This document shows, one piece after another, positions 50,683 through 60,350 of a stretch of 64,000 bases of DNA (position 1 is its first letter; every line of letters begins with the position of its first letter). Location: the NCBI GenBank assembly GCA_963827235.1, contig CAWHAE010000020.1, positions 96,001-160,000 on the forward strand, written 5' to 3'. The stretch is from an uncultured bacterium (GTDB taxonomy: Bacteria > Chloroflexota > UBA5177 > JANWHV01). Under the pieces are notes generated by a model. The model did not search any database and was not told the origin of the DNA. It was given only the letters and a program-made list of their open reading frames with translations. The translations under genes and the position numbers were made by a program.

Positions 50683-51666
50683 ATGGCACAGCAGGACGAT
50701 GTGTTCCTGACCGGAGCGAGCGGCTTCGTCGGCAGTCACGTCCTGCGGTCGCTGTTGTCTGCCGGATACCGCGTACGGGCCCTGGTACGGCCCACCTCCC
50801 GCCCACTCACGCCCGTGGATGGCTGCACGCCCGTGATCGGCGACCTGGCGGAGTCCGGCGGTCTGGTCGCGGCGCTGCGGGGCTGCCGATACCTCGTGCA
50901 TGTGGCGGCCCTCTATTCCTTCTCGCCTGCCTCCCGGGGTGAGATCTGGTCCACGAATGTGCGCGGCTGCGGCGGGCTGATGGAAGCTGCCGCTCTGGCC
51001 GGTGTCGAGCGCGCCGTCGTTACCTCCAGCTCGGCCACCGTTGGTCACGCACGCGGCACGAAGCCTGCCACCGAGAACGATCGTGCGTGGGATGCGGGAT
51101 CGTCGACCTACCATGCCTCCAAGTGCGAGCAGGAACGCGTGGCCCTGGCGTCGCGCCTGCCGGCGGTGCTGGTGCTGCCGACGGCGCCGGTGGGACCCGG
51201 GGACTGGAAGCCGACTCCCACGGGCAAGATAATCGTGGACTTCATGCGTGGGCGCATGGTCGGCACCCTGGGCGGCGGCATGAACCTCGTGGCGGTCGAG
51301 GATGTCGCCGCGGCCCACCTTGCGGCCCTCGAACGCGGTCGCAGCGGTGAGCGCTACCTGATCGGGGGCGAGAATCTGAGCCTGGTCCAGATCTGGGAGA
51401 TGCTGGCTTCGATCTGCCGTCTGCGGGCGCGCACGGCCCGGGTGCCTTACGGCCTGGCGCTTGCGCTTGGGTGGTTCGAGGAGGCCCGCTTGCGCCTCGT
51501 TGGCGGTGGGGCGCCGCTGGTGCCTTTGGAAGGCGTACGAATGGCACGGTACAACATGTTCGTGGACGACACGAAGGCGAGGGTGACGCTGGGCCACCGG
51601 GCGACAGCAGTGCGGGCTGCTCTTGAGCGGGCGGTTGCCTGGTATTCCGACCACGATTACTGCTGA
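50683..51666 (+). CDS. hpnA: Hopanoid-associated NAD-dependent epimerase/dehydratase
   Basis: LTGASGFVG, HVAALY, YHASK, PVGPGDWKPTPTG, GERYLIGGENL; hopanoid context. Confidence 0.87.
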   Translation: MAQQDDVFLTGASGFVGSHVLRSLLSAGYRVRALVRPTSRPLTPVDGCTPVIGDLAESGGLVAALRGCRYLVHVAALYSFSPASRGEIWSTNVRGCGGLMEAAALAGVERAVVTSSSATVGHARGTKPATENDRAWDAGSSTYHASKCEQERVALASRLPAVLVLPTAPVGPGDWKPTPTGKIIVDFMRGRMVGTLGGGMNLVAVEDVAAAHLAALERGRSGERYLIGGENLSLVQIWEMLASICRLRARTARVPYGLALALGWFEEARLRLVGGGAPLVPLEGVRMARYNMFVDDTKARVTLGHRATAVRAALERAVAWYSDHDYC

Positions 51667-51786
51667 TGAGCGCTCGGGGTTCCGGTGCATGGAAGGAGAG
51701 GTCGACCATGCTCGAGGTTCTGGCACAGTATTATCGCCGGTGCGGATCGGCTGTGGCGCGGGGCGCGTAGCGGTAAGCGCGAAGCA

Positions 51787-52404
51787 ATGAGACAACCGGC
51801 AATCGTGGCGCCGACGTTTCTCGAGTTCGTTGCTGCGAAGACCCTGATGCCCGGTGCGGACGTGATCTGGTGTGGTGCCGGCTTGGCTCGGCGGCATCGC
51901 TGGGACACCGGCCGGCTCCACGTGCTATGCGGGCTGGCCGGCGGGTTGGCGGGCGACGTTCTTTCAGGCACCGTTCTCGTACCGTCCTCGGTCGGTCTTG
52001 CCGATGGGAGGTGCTTCGACTGCGACCGCGAAGCCGTGTCTGCATTGCGCGATGCGTTGGGGCGATCGCGAGTGCCGGTCGACCGCCGCCCGATGCTCAC
52101 CGCGGATCGTATGGTCGTTGGCGCCGCGCGCCGGGCCTGGGCGGATCGAGGCTTCGCGGGCGTCGACATGGAGACTGGCAAGCTGGCGGAAATGGGCGCG
52201 CGCGTGGCGACCATTAGGGTCGTCTTGGATAGCGCTGCGCGCGAGCTGTCCTCTGACTGGGAGCGGCCGCTGCACGCGCTGCGGCAGTACAGAGCATGGA
52301 AGGAGTTGAGCTGGCTCGCTCGCGCCGCGCCCCGCTACGCGTGGAGAGCGGCCGGCACGCTTCGGGAAGGCTGGGACACGTTGTCGGTGGACAGACGCCG
52401 GTAG
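51787..52404 (+). CDS. HpnG-like nucleoside phosphorylase (divergent)
   Basis: GLAGGL, GVDME and IRVVLD motifs of the PNP/MTA fold; lies in the hpnH operon. Confidence 0.7.
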   Translation: MRQPAIVAPTFLEFVAAKTLMPGADVIWCGAGLARRHRWDTGRLHVLCGLAGGLAGDVLSGTVLVPSSVGLADGRCFDCDREAVSALRDALGRSRVPVDRRPMLTADRMVVGAARRAWADRGFAGVDMETGKLAEMGARVATIRVVLDSAARELSSDWERPLHALRQYRAWKELSWLARAAPRYAWRAAGTLREGWDTLSVDRRR

Positions 52405-52419
52405 GAAGGATATTCTGCT

Positions 52420-53232
52420 TTGTCGATGCAAGATGACGCGCTCAACGTACTCAGAGAAACCAGCCGTACGTTTTCCATTCCAATCAGCAGACTGCCGGGC
52501 CAGCTGTACGAGGCAGTGATGTCCGGATACCTCTGCATGCGCGCGATCGATCAGGTGGAAGATCATCCCTCACTTGACAATCGCTCGAAAGCGGCAGTAC
52601 TGCGCGCCATCAGCCGTATCCTGCAGACGGATTTCAGAGCCAGCAGTTTCGACAGGGCGCTCGGCCAGTACCGGGCCGATCTGGAGCCTGTGACGCTGCG
52701 TGTCGGCGAGTGGGCTCTGCTCGCTCCGAGCGCGATCGCCCCGCGCGTCTGGGAGGCGACCGCAACCATGGCTGAGCGCATGGCGGGCTGGGCCGAGAGC
52801 GGATGGTGCATCGCTAACGAGGCCGATCTCGACCGGTACACGTTCGGCGTGGCAGGTTCGGTCGGCCTGCTGCTCTCCGATCTCTGGGCCTGGTACGACG
52901 GCACCAAGACGAACCGCGTGGAGGCGGTTGGGTTTGGCAGAGGTTTGCAGGCCGTGAACATTTTACGCAATCGGCCCGAGGATCTCGAGCGAGGAGTCGA
53001 CTTCTTCCCCGCCGGCTGGAGTGACGCCGACATGCACCTGTACGCCTTTCGCCAGCTGGCTCTGGCGGATTCCTACACCGGTGCCTTGCCTAGAGGGCCG
53101 GTTTTCGAGTTCTGCGCCATCCCGCTGGCACTGGCCAAGGCCACACTGACCGTGCTCGCCCAGGGAGAGTCGAAGCTGACACGCGACGACGTGCATCGCA
53201 CCGTGGAGGAAGCCCTTGAACGCGGGCGCTGA
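52420..53232 (+). CDS. Squalene/phytoene synthase family; probable single-step squalene synthase (cyanobacterial Sqs / YisP-like)
   Basis: TSRTF, YLCMRAIDQVED, YTFGVAGSVG, FGRGLQAVNILRN..EDLERG. Start is TTG 52420 or ATG 52426. Confidence 0.85.
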   Translation: MSMQDDALNVLRETSRTFSIPISRLPGQLYEAVMSGYLCMRAIDQVEDHPSLDNRSKAAVLRAISRILQTDFRASSFDRALGQYRADLEPVTLRVGEWALLAPSAIAPRVWEATATMAERMAGWAESGWCIANEADLDRYTFGVAGSVGLLLSDLWAWYDGTKTNRVEAVGFGRGLQAVNILRNRPEDLERGVDFFPAGWSDADMHLYAFRQLALADSYTGALPRGPVFEFCAIPLALAKATLTVLAQGESKLTRDDVHRTVEEALERGR

Positions 53233-53926
53233 GCCCCGCCTGTCGGTAGTCATTCCGGCCCGGAACGAGGAGGCGCTCGTCGAGCATGCCCTGGAGTCGG
53301 TGTGCCTGCAGACTACGCCTCTGGCCCAGCTCGAAGTCGTCGTCGTCGACAATGCGTCGACCGACGGCACCGCCGCCGCGGTCGAGCGGTTCCGAGCCTC
53401 GCGGCCCGAGCTCTACGTGCGCCTGACGTCCGAGGCGGCGGTCGGCGTGTCGCGAGCCAAGAACGCCGGTGCTCGGGCCGCCCGTGGTGAATGGATTATC
53501 TTTATGGACGCGGATTCGCGCATGGCCCCGGATCTCACCGCTCGCGTGCTCCGCGGCGCGGAGGCCGGGTACGCCGCCGGTAGCATCCGCGTCGTGGCCG
53601 ACTCGCAGGATCGACTGGATCGCGCCTTCTTCGGTCTGATGGAGTTCGGTAAGCGGCTGTTCTCGCACCAGGCCCAGATGTTCTTCTGCGGCCGCGAAGT
53701 CTTTCTGCGGCACGGCGGCTTCCGGGAAGAGCTTCGTCTGGCCGAGGACCGCGAGCTCTTGGCCCGCCTGCAACAGGCCGGCGTCCGGATGTGCCAGGTG
53801 AATGACAGCTGGATAGCGACGTCTCCTCGCCGGTTGCGGCGCCTGCCCATGCGGCTCAACATGCCCGTGATGTTTGTTCGCTGGGCACTGGCAAACTGGG
53901 GGATCGGCAGGACCTGGCGCTATTGA
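53216..53926 (+). CDS. Glycosyltransferase family 2
   Basis: SVVIPARNEE, VDNASTDGT, FMDADS, GGF...ED, TSPRR; overlaps the synthase stop. Confidence 0.88.
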   Translation: MNAGAEPRLSVVIPARNEEALVEHALESVCLQTTPLAQLEVVVVDNASTDGTAAAVERFRASRPELYVRLTSEAAVGVSRAKNAGARAARGEWIIFMDADSRMAPDLTARVLRGAEAGYAAGSIRVVADSQDRLDRAFFGLMEFGKRLFSHQAQMFFCGREVFLRHGGFREELRLAEDRELLARLQQAGVRMCQVNDSWIATSPRRLRRLPMRLNMPVMFVRWALANWGIGRTWRY

Positions 53927-54014
53927 TCGGCGCTCGAGCCTGCCCGCGGCATCCCGCACAGGGCAGCGCGGCAGGCAACTGAAGGCCGGAGATTCGCGGC
54001 GGGAATACTCTCCG

Positions 54015-55076
54015 TCACACGGTCTCGACGCCGGCCGTGGCCCGGACGAGCCTTCCGGGCTCGGCCAGGTCGCTCAGCGCCGAAGCACCGGTGCAGAACA
54101 TGCAGATACGAAGCTCCTCGGTCACCGCGAAGAGCTCGTCGTGGGCAGCCTCGGCGGACTCCGAGGCCGCGCGCAGGACGGGAGACGCCAGGCCTGCCAG
54201 CGTCGCGCCGAGCGCAACGGCCTTGGCGACGTCGACGCCGGAGCGCATGCCGCCGCTGGCGAAGACGGGCAGATGCGGAATCGCCCGACGTACCTGGATC
54301 AGGCATTCGGCCGTGCTGACGCCCCAACCGGCGAATGAGCCGGCGATGCGGCGGCGCAGCTCCGATGGAGCGCGGTGCCGCTCTACCTCACTCCATGACG
54401 TGCCGCCCGCGCCTGCGACGTCTATGGCGGCCACGCCGAGATCGGCGAGCTGGGCCGCCACGTCTGCCGTGATGCCCCAGCCGACTTCCTTGATCACCAC
54501 GGGCACGCGAAGCTCGCGGCAGACGGCGCCGATGCGCGCGGCGAGCCCGGCAAAGTTCGTGTTGCCTTCGGGCTGCAGCGCTTCCTGCAGCGGGTTCAGA
54601 TGAAGGAACAACGCGTCGGCGCCAACCATCTCCACCGCACGCAGACACTCTTCGACGCCGTAGCCGTAGTTGAGCTGAACGGCTCCCAGGTTGGCAAATA
54701 GGAGGATATCCGGCGCCAGGTCTCGCACGCGAAAATACGCTTCGGCGTCCGGTTTCTCCAGTGCTACCCTCTGCGAGCCCAACCCCATGGCCACATGCAG
54801 GCGCTGCGCCGCCCGGGCAAGGTTCTGATTGATCTCAAGCGCGCGCGGCACGCCTCCGGTCATGGATGAGATAAGCAGAGGAGAATCGAGCGGGTGGTCG
54901 AACACGCAGCACCGAGTAGAAACTGCCGCGAGGTCTATCTCCGGTAGGGCTCGATGCGCGAACCGGTAGGTGTCGAAGCCGCCGGACACACCCTTCCCCT
55001 GGACGTCCTCCTGCAGATTGATGCGGATGTGCTCGAGTTTGCGCTGTTCAGTCGGCGAATTGCTGTCGGTGGCCAC
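54015..55076 (-). CDS. fni: Type 2 isopentenyl-diphosphate isomerase
   Basis: RKLEHI, SSMTGG, GSQR, HLNPLQE, KEVGWG, GGTSW, SGGMRSG. Start set at GTG 55076. Confidence 0.95.
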   Translation of the reverse strand: MATDSNSPTEQRKLEHIRINLQEDVQGKGVSGGFDTYRFAHRALPEIDLAAVSTRCCVFDHPLDSPLLISSMTGGVPRALEINQNLARAAQRLHVAMGLGSQRVALEKPDAEAYFRVRDLAPDILLFANLGAVQLNYGYGVEECLRAVEMVGADALFLHLNPLQEALQPEGNTNFAGLAARIGAVCRELRVPVVIKEVGWGITADVAAQLADLGVAAIDVAGAGGTSWSEVERHRAPSELRRRIAGSFAGWGVSTAECLIQVRRAIPHLPVFASGGMRSGVDVAKAVALGATLAGLASPVLRAASESAEAAHDELFAVTEELRICMFCTGASALSDLAEPGRLVRATAGVETV

Positions 55077-55312
55077 ATTTCCCTCGATGAGCAGTGTAGC
55101 AAATCCATCTGCAAGGCCACTCGGCGCAACCGAGGTCACCCCGGCTGTCGTGCCCGTCCCGCTGCGGCGTATGCTCCGGTCGCGGTCCGTGTTCCTTCGA
55201 CGACGAGTGTTGGTTGGCAGAGCGCCATATTGAGGTCACGACAAGAGCTGCACGCTGCAAGGATGCCCCGGGACTCATACCTGGGTTGCTCACAGCCCGC
55301 CGGGCGCCGAAT

Positions 55313-55711
55313 TCATTTCACCTCTGCGAGTCTCACCGACTCTTGAGTATCGGTCGCCCGCTCACCGTGCAGCGGCGGGATCACGACGGACCAGTCTCGC
55401 AGCGATGCCACGACTGCATCGAGCAGTCCCGGATACCGTGCTTCGAGGTCCGCCCTGCGCAGGCTCGAGTAGCGATGCACGCCGGACACCCGCGTGCTGA
55501 TCACACCCGCCTCGCGTAGCACTCGCAGATGGTGCGACAACGTGGACTTGCTGCACTCGACGCCCACGTGATCGCGCAGATCGTTGCAGGAGGTCTCCCC
55601 ACGCTCGGCCAGGCTGCGCACGCAGGCCAGCCGATACGGGTCCGCGAGCGCGGCAAGTATGGTAGAGAGGTCGATCTCCTCGCGCTCCGGTTGCTCCAGC
55701 TCACCGCTCAT
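55313..55711 (-). CDS. ArsR/SmtB family HTH regulator
   Basis: ALADPYRL, KSTLSHHLRVLREAGVI, LRRADLEARYPGLL. Confidence 0.9.
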   Translation of the reverse strand: MSGELEQPEREEIDLSTILAALADPYRLACVRSLAERGETSCNDLRDHVGVECSKSTLSHHLRVLREAGVISTRVSGVHRYSSLRRADLEARYPGLLDAVVASLRDWSVVIPPLHGERATDTQESVRLAEVK

Positions 55712-55732
55712 GCGTAAAGTATAGCACTAACG

Positions 55733-55763
55733 TTGTCGAACAGTTCGATGGCTGTCGTATAAT
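55733..55763. promoter_or_regulatory. Divergent promoter with palindromic candidate ArsR operator
   Basis: TCGAAC-A-GTTCGA at 55736-55748 and TATAAT at 55758-55763. Confidence 0.55.
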
Positions 55764-55809
55764 GCATGTACGGTCGAACTATCTGGAGACAAGCGAGTGG
55801 GGACAGTAC

Positions 55810-57327
55810 ATGAGTGCACAGTACGCGGGCGGCAAGACGTTCGGGCGTGAGCAGGGACTGGATCCCGGCGATCGGCGCCGTTGGAGACAACTGCCGATTG
55901 TGCTCACGGCGACGTTCATGGCGCTGTTCGATTTCTTCGTGGTAAACGTGGCCGCGCCATCCATCCAGCGCGATCTGAATGCCTCCACCGCCGCGCTGCA
56001 GCTCGTGGTAGGCGGCTATGCCTTCACTTATGCGGCCACGCTGATCACTGGCGGCCGCCTTGGTGATCGTTTCGGATACCGCTCGCTGTTCGTACTGGGC
56101 ATGGCGGCATTCGTGCTTGCCTCGGCCATCTGCGGATTCGCTCAGACGGCCAGCCAGCTCATCGCCGCGCGATTGTTTCAGGGTCTGGCCGCGGCAGCGA
56201 TGGTGCCTCAAGTGCTGGCCCTGATCACGGCGTCCTTCCCGGTGGGCGAGCGCCCACGGGCGCTGGGCTGGTTTGGCGCCACCATCGGCCTCGGATCGAT
56301 CGCCGGTCAGGTCCTGGGCGGTGTGCTGCTGCAGGCGAATCTGCTTGGGCTGGGCTGGCGCGCCATCTTCCTGGTCAACGTGCCCATTGGTCTGGTGGCA
56401 GTCTTGCTGGCGGTTCGGCTGCTTCCCGACCTGCGCTCGTCGCAGCAGGCGCGGCTGGATCTGACCGGTATGGTGGCGATCTCCGGATCGCTCGCTCTGG
56501 CCCTGGTGCCGTTGACCATCGGGCGTGAGGAGGGCTGGCCGCTCTGGGCACTTGCCATGCTCGCGGCGTCGGTACCGTCTCTCGCGGTTGCCACGGGGTA
56601 TGAGGGATGGCTGGCGGGCAGAGGCGGCCATCCCTTGATGCATCTCGACTTGTTCCGCCGGCGCACGTTCACGGCCGGGCTGGCGATATGCATGGCCGTC
56701 TACGTCTACTTCGGGAGTTTCATGCTTGGTCTGGCCCTGTTTCTACAGGCGGGCCTGCACTACTCGGCGCTCGACGCCGGCTTGACATTTGCGCCGGTCG
56801 GCATAGGCTTCGCCGCCAGCTCCCTGCTGGTCCGCCCGTTCATCGCCAGGCACGGCGCTTTCGTCGTCGCCTGCGGGCTGGCGAGCACGACCATTGGCCT
56901 GCTCGGCACGCTGATCACCCTGCACCTCGCCGCCAGTGCCATACACGCGGCGTGGCTGCTGCCGTGGTTCGTAATGTCCGGCCTGGGTAACGGCTGCGCC
57001 ATGCCGTCGTTGATCGGCGTCGTCCTGACGGGTGTGCCGGTACACAAAGCCGGCGGCGCATCGGGCACGTTGGTCTCGAGCCAGCAGTTTGCCAGCGCGA
57101 TTGGCGTGGCCGGGCTTGGCGAAGTGTTCTTCGGTGTGCTTGGCGCGCACCCCACGCTCGACCGCTACGTCATGGCGACGCAGGACGTGCTGTTGCTCGA
57201 TTGCGGTCTGGTGGCGCTGGCGCTGGGTTTGACGCGCCTGCTTCCGCGTGCCTCGGCAGCGGCAACGGTTGCCGCGAAGGCTGCATTTGCCGTGGTCGGT
57301 GAAGACAGCGAGAGCGGAGCAGCGTGA
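55810..57327 (+). CDS. MFS transporter, DHA2 (14-TM efflux) type
   Basis: DFFVVNVAAPSI, GGRLGDRFG, GWRAIFLVNVPIG, many TM helices. Confidence 0.92.
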   Translation: MSAQYAGGKTFGREQGLDPGDRRRWRQLPIVLTATFMALFDFFVVNVAAPSIQRDLNASTAALQLVVGGYAFTYAATLITGGRLGDRFGYRSLFVLGMAAFVLASAICGFAQTASQLIAARLFQGLAAAAMVPQVLALITASFPVGERPRALGWFGATIGLGSIAGQVLGGVLLQANLLGLGWRAIFLVNVPIGLVAVLLAVRLLPDLRSSQQARLDLTGMVAISGSLALALVPLTIGREEGWPLWALAMLAASVPSLAVATGYEGWLAGRGGHPLMHLDLFRRRTFTAGLAICMAVYVYFGSFMLGLALFLQAGLHYSALDAGLTFAPVGIGFAASSLLVRPFIARHGAFVVACGLASTTIGLLGTLITLHLAASAIHAAWLLPWFVMSGLGNGCAMPSLIGVVLTGVPVHKAGGASGTLVSSQQFASAIGVAGLGEVFFGVLGAHPTLDRYVMATQDVLLLDCGLVALALGLTRLLPRASAAATVAAKAAFAVVGEDSESGAA

Positions 57328-57343
57328 GCCAGCTAGGGCCAGT

Positions 57344-58840
57344 CTAGCCGATCACGCGGTGATAGAGCCATTGCTGCCGGGCGATCGCCGGCTGGTAGGT
57401 GGCGTGCCGGGCGCCGTCGGGCAGGTAGGTCGCTCCGTCGGCGGCCGGCAGCGCCTCGATTGCGCTGAGCGCGCCGATCGCGCGCAGCGCCAGCAGCGCC
57501 GCTCCACGGCTCGTGGCCTCGGATTCGGCAGAGGCCACTACCGGCCGGCCGAGAACGTCCGCCATGATTTGCATCCACGCCGGCGAACGGAGCAGGGCCC
57601 CTCCGGTGGCAACCAGGCGGTGCCGGCACTCCGCGCGGTTGCAGAGGCGTTGCTGGATAGCGGCGAAGCGGTAAGCCACCGCTTCCAGACTGGCGCGCAG
57701 AATCTCGACCGGCGTCGTCGCCAGAGTCAGTCCGTGAATGGTTGCCTGCACGTTGCCGGCCCAGTCCGGACTGCGCTCGCCGGCGAAGAACGGCAGGACC
57801 GTCAGCCCATGACCGTCTGGCGGAGACGCCGCGAGCGCCGCTTCCGTCGCCTCGGCGTCGGGCAGGCTCTCCGTGCGGCGAAGCCAGGCGTAGACGTTAC
57901 CGCCCTCACTGGTAGCTCCGCCCACCAGTGCGCGGTGCCGGTCCACCCTGTAGCAGAATAGACCCGGCGGCACCTCGTCCACGTCGGGCTGCACAACGCG
58001 TACGGCGCCCGTGGTACCGACCGTGAGGGCAACGCGGTCGTGGGCGGTGCAGCCGCTGCCGACGTTTGCCGCCGCGCCGTCGCCGATGGCGGGGAACCAC
58101 GGGATGTCGCGCAAGGCCGGCCATCGCGCGGCGTATGGCCCGGTCAGACCCCGTAGAGGCTCGTCGGCATCGACCAGCGGCGACAGGCGCTGCTCGTCGA
58201 CACCCAGTACGTCGAGGAGTGGCTTGTCCCAGGTGAGCTGGCGCCTGTCGAGCAGCCCGCTCCATGAAGCAACCGATAAGCTGGCGCGACAACGGCCAAA
58301 CAGCTTGGTTTCCAGGTATTCGCCCAGGCTGATCCAGCGTGCCGTCGCCCGCCAGACGTCCGGCCTCACGCGCCGCAGCCAGGCTAGCCGCGCGGGCCAG
58401 TAGCTGGTTCGCAGCATGCAGCCGGTCCGTTCGTGGACGGAACCCTCGTCGAGTGAGGCACGCAACGAATCCGCATCGGCCGTGTTGCGCGTGTCGGCGT
58501 AGCTGATCATGGGTGTCAGCGGTCGTCCACCGGCGTCGACTGCCAGGAGATTGGAGACGAGGGTATCGGCCGCCACGGCGCCGATCTGCCCGGCCAGCCG
58601 CCCGGCCCGACTCAGTACCGCGTCCACGCACCGGGCCGTGCGCTCGATGGCGGCGTCCGGGTCGTCCTCGGCGGTGCCGTCGGCGGCCGTGCGCATCTCG
58701 TACCGTTCCTGAGCTGCCATCCCGTCGATGGCCAGGCCGGATGCGTCGTAAAGCAAGACGCGTGCCGAGGACGAGCCGATGTCGATGGCCAGGACCAGTG
58801 GTGGCCTGGCGGTCGGGCCGGTTGCTCCATGCGTGTCCAT
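57344..58840 (-). CDS. FGGY family kinase, gluconokinase-like
   Basis: AIDIGSSSAR, SYADTR, GDGAAANVGSG, GTTGAVR, GLFCY, FAGERSP, TGGALLRSPAWMQIMADVLG. Confidence 0.85.
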   Translation of the reverse strand: MDTHGATGPTARPPLVLAIDIGSSSARVLLYDASGLAIDGMAAQERYEMRTAADGTAEDDPDAAIERTARCVDAVLSRAGRLAGQIGAVAADTLVSNLLAVDAGGRPLTPMISYADTRNTADADSLRASLDEGSVHERTGCMLRTSYWPARLAWLRRVRPDVWRATARWISLGEYLETKLFGRCRASLSVASWSGLLDRRQLTWDKPLLDVLGVDEQRLSPLVDADEPLRGLTGPYAARWPALRDIPWFPAIGDGAAANVGSGCTAHDRVALTVGTTGAVRVVQPDVDEVPPGLFCYRVDRHRALVGGATSEGGNVYAWLRRTESLPDAEATEAALAASPPDGHGLTVLPFFAGERSPDWAGNVQATIHGLTLATTPVEILRASLEAVAYRFAAIQQRLCNRAECRHRLVATGGALLRSPAWMQIMADVLGRPVVASAESEATSRGAALLALRAIGALSAIEALPAADGATYLPDGARHATYQPAIARQQWLYHRVIG

Positions 58841-59261
58841 TGCCTGGCCCTCCTCCGTGCCGATAGCCGGCCGTTCTGGCGGTTCGTATGGCGGCTATTG
58901 AGAACCTGTTGTCGTAGGCCGCCCGACCGCCACATCCACCACCAGAGAAAGCGTACAATATCTTGCGCGTTGGAGGCACGCAGGCAGCGTGCACGGGAGG
59001 ACCTGAAATCTGTAGTCCGGCGCCCGGGTGCGCCGATCCTGGCACCGCGGTCGCCTCGAGCGTGCCCGGCATGCTGCCATTGTCGCGAGACAACAAGCCG
59101 GGCCATCGCAATGCCCGGGCAGGCCCCGCGTACACCGTGTCGAAGCCTCCGGACATCTCCTCGTGACCAGGCGCGGTCGAGTCGCGCCGCCGTCCCCTGA
59201 CCAGGCACGATGTAGGTGTGACCCCTGGCTGCCGCCGTAGTCGGTCTGTCGCGGCTGACGC

Positions 59262-60308
59262 TCAGCCGGCAGCGCCGTGTGAGCTCTCCAGAATGGCGCC
59301 GCCGATGCCGACTACGATGCAGGTGCCGGTGCCGGTGCAGCTTATGCCTCGCAACATGCTGCGAGTGTTCGGGGAGCCGTCGCGCCAAGTTGCTCCGCCG
59401 TCCGAGCTGGTCAGGACAAGGCCCTTCACCGTCGCCTTGCTCGTGGGATCCGTGTCCGTGATGGCGCCGGCCACGAGGCAGGCACGATCCGTCGCGCACG
59501 CTACGCCCGTAAGCGGGCTGCCGGTGCCGGAGGTACGGCGATGCCAGCTGGCACCTCCGTCCGCGGACGTCACGATCGTGCCGAGATCACCCACGGCGAG
59601 ACACAGCCTTCTGGTCGGGCAGGCGACGGCGTACAAGCTTCCGGAGTAGTCGCTGCCGCCGCCGGAAGACCGGCTGCGCCAAGTCTGGCCGCCGTCCTCG
59701 GTGGTCACGACGACACCATTCACTCCGGCGGCGACACAGGTGCTGGCGGTCGGGCAGGCGACGCCGAGCGGCGGCATGGCGGTTCCGGAGGGATAGCTCT
59801 GCCATGTCATGCCGCCGTCGACACTGCTCAAGATCGGCCCGGCGCCGGCGACGAGACACGCCTTGGCGGTTGGACACGATACGGCGTCCAGGTCGTAGCC
59901 GGAAGCGGCAGGACGGCTCGTCCAGGTGATGCCGCCGTCCTTGCTGGCCGCCATGCTGCCCTTGCTTCCCACGGCCAGGCAGCTTGTTCTAGTCATGCAG
60001 GCGACGCCTTCCAGGTCGTCGCGCGTGCCGGACCGGCGGCTCTGCCAGGTGGCGCCGCCATCCGTGCTGGCCACGATGGTTCCCTTGACGCCTACCGCTA
60101 TGCAGTCCGCGTTGGTCGGACAGGTTATGCTTCGCAGGTCGTTCGTGGTGCCGGACCGGCGGCTCTGCCAGTGGAGTGAGCCGGCCCCCTGCGCGGTGCC
60201 CGCGCCGATCGGGAGCAGGCTGGGCAAGATCGCGGCAATGAGCACGCGTCGCCACCCGCGGGGTCGCCGCTGGCTGCGCGGCAGTGCGCGGGTATTTCGG
60301 TCTATCAC
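59262..60308 (-). CDS. Secreted YCF48/BNR-like 7-repeat beta-propeller with a Cx5C pair in each repeat
   Basis: Signal peptide ending AQG, then seven repeats of about 41 aa, LxxVxCxxxxxCxAVGxxGxIxxSxDGGxTW. Confidence 0.85.
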   Translation of the reverse strand: MIDRNTRALPRSQRRPRGWRRVLIAAILPSLLPIGAGTAQGAGSLHWQSRRSGTTNDLRSITCPTNADCIAVGVKGTIVASTDGGATWQSRRSGTRDDLEGVACMTRTSCLAVGSKGSMAASKDGGITWTSRPAASGYDLDAVSCPTAKACLVAGAGPILSSVDGGMTWQSYPSGTAMPPLGVACPTASTCVAAGVNGVVVTTEDGGQTWRSRSSGGGSDYSGSLYAVACPTRRLCLAVGDLGTIVTSADGGASWHRRTSGTGSPLTGVACATDRACLVAGAITDTDPTSKATVKGLVLTSSDGGATWRDGSPNTRSMLRGISCTGTGTCIVVGIGGAILESSHGAAG

Positions 60309-60350
60309 AGTGTTCCATCCATTTCAGTTCATCTGCCTGCAACCACGCGC

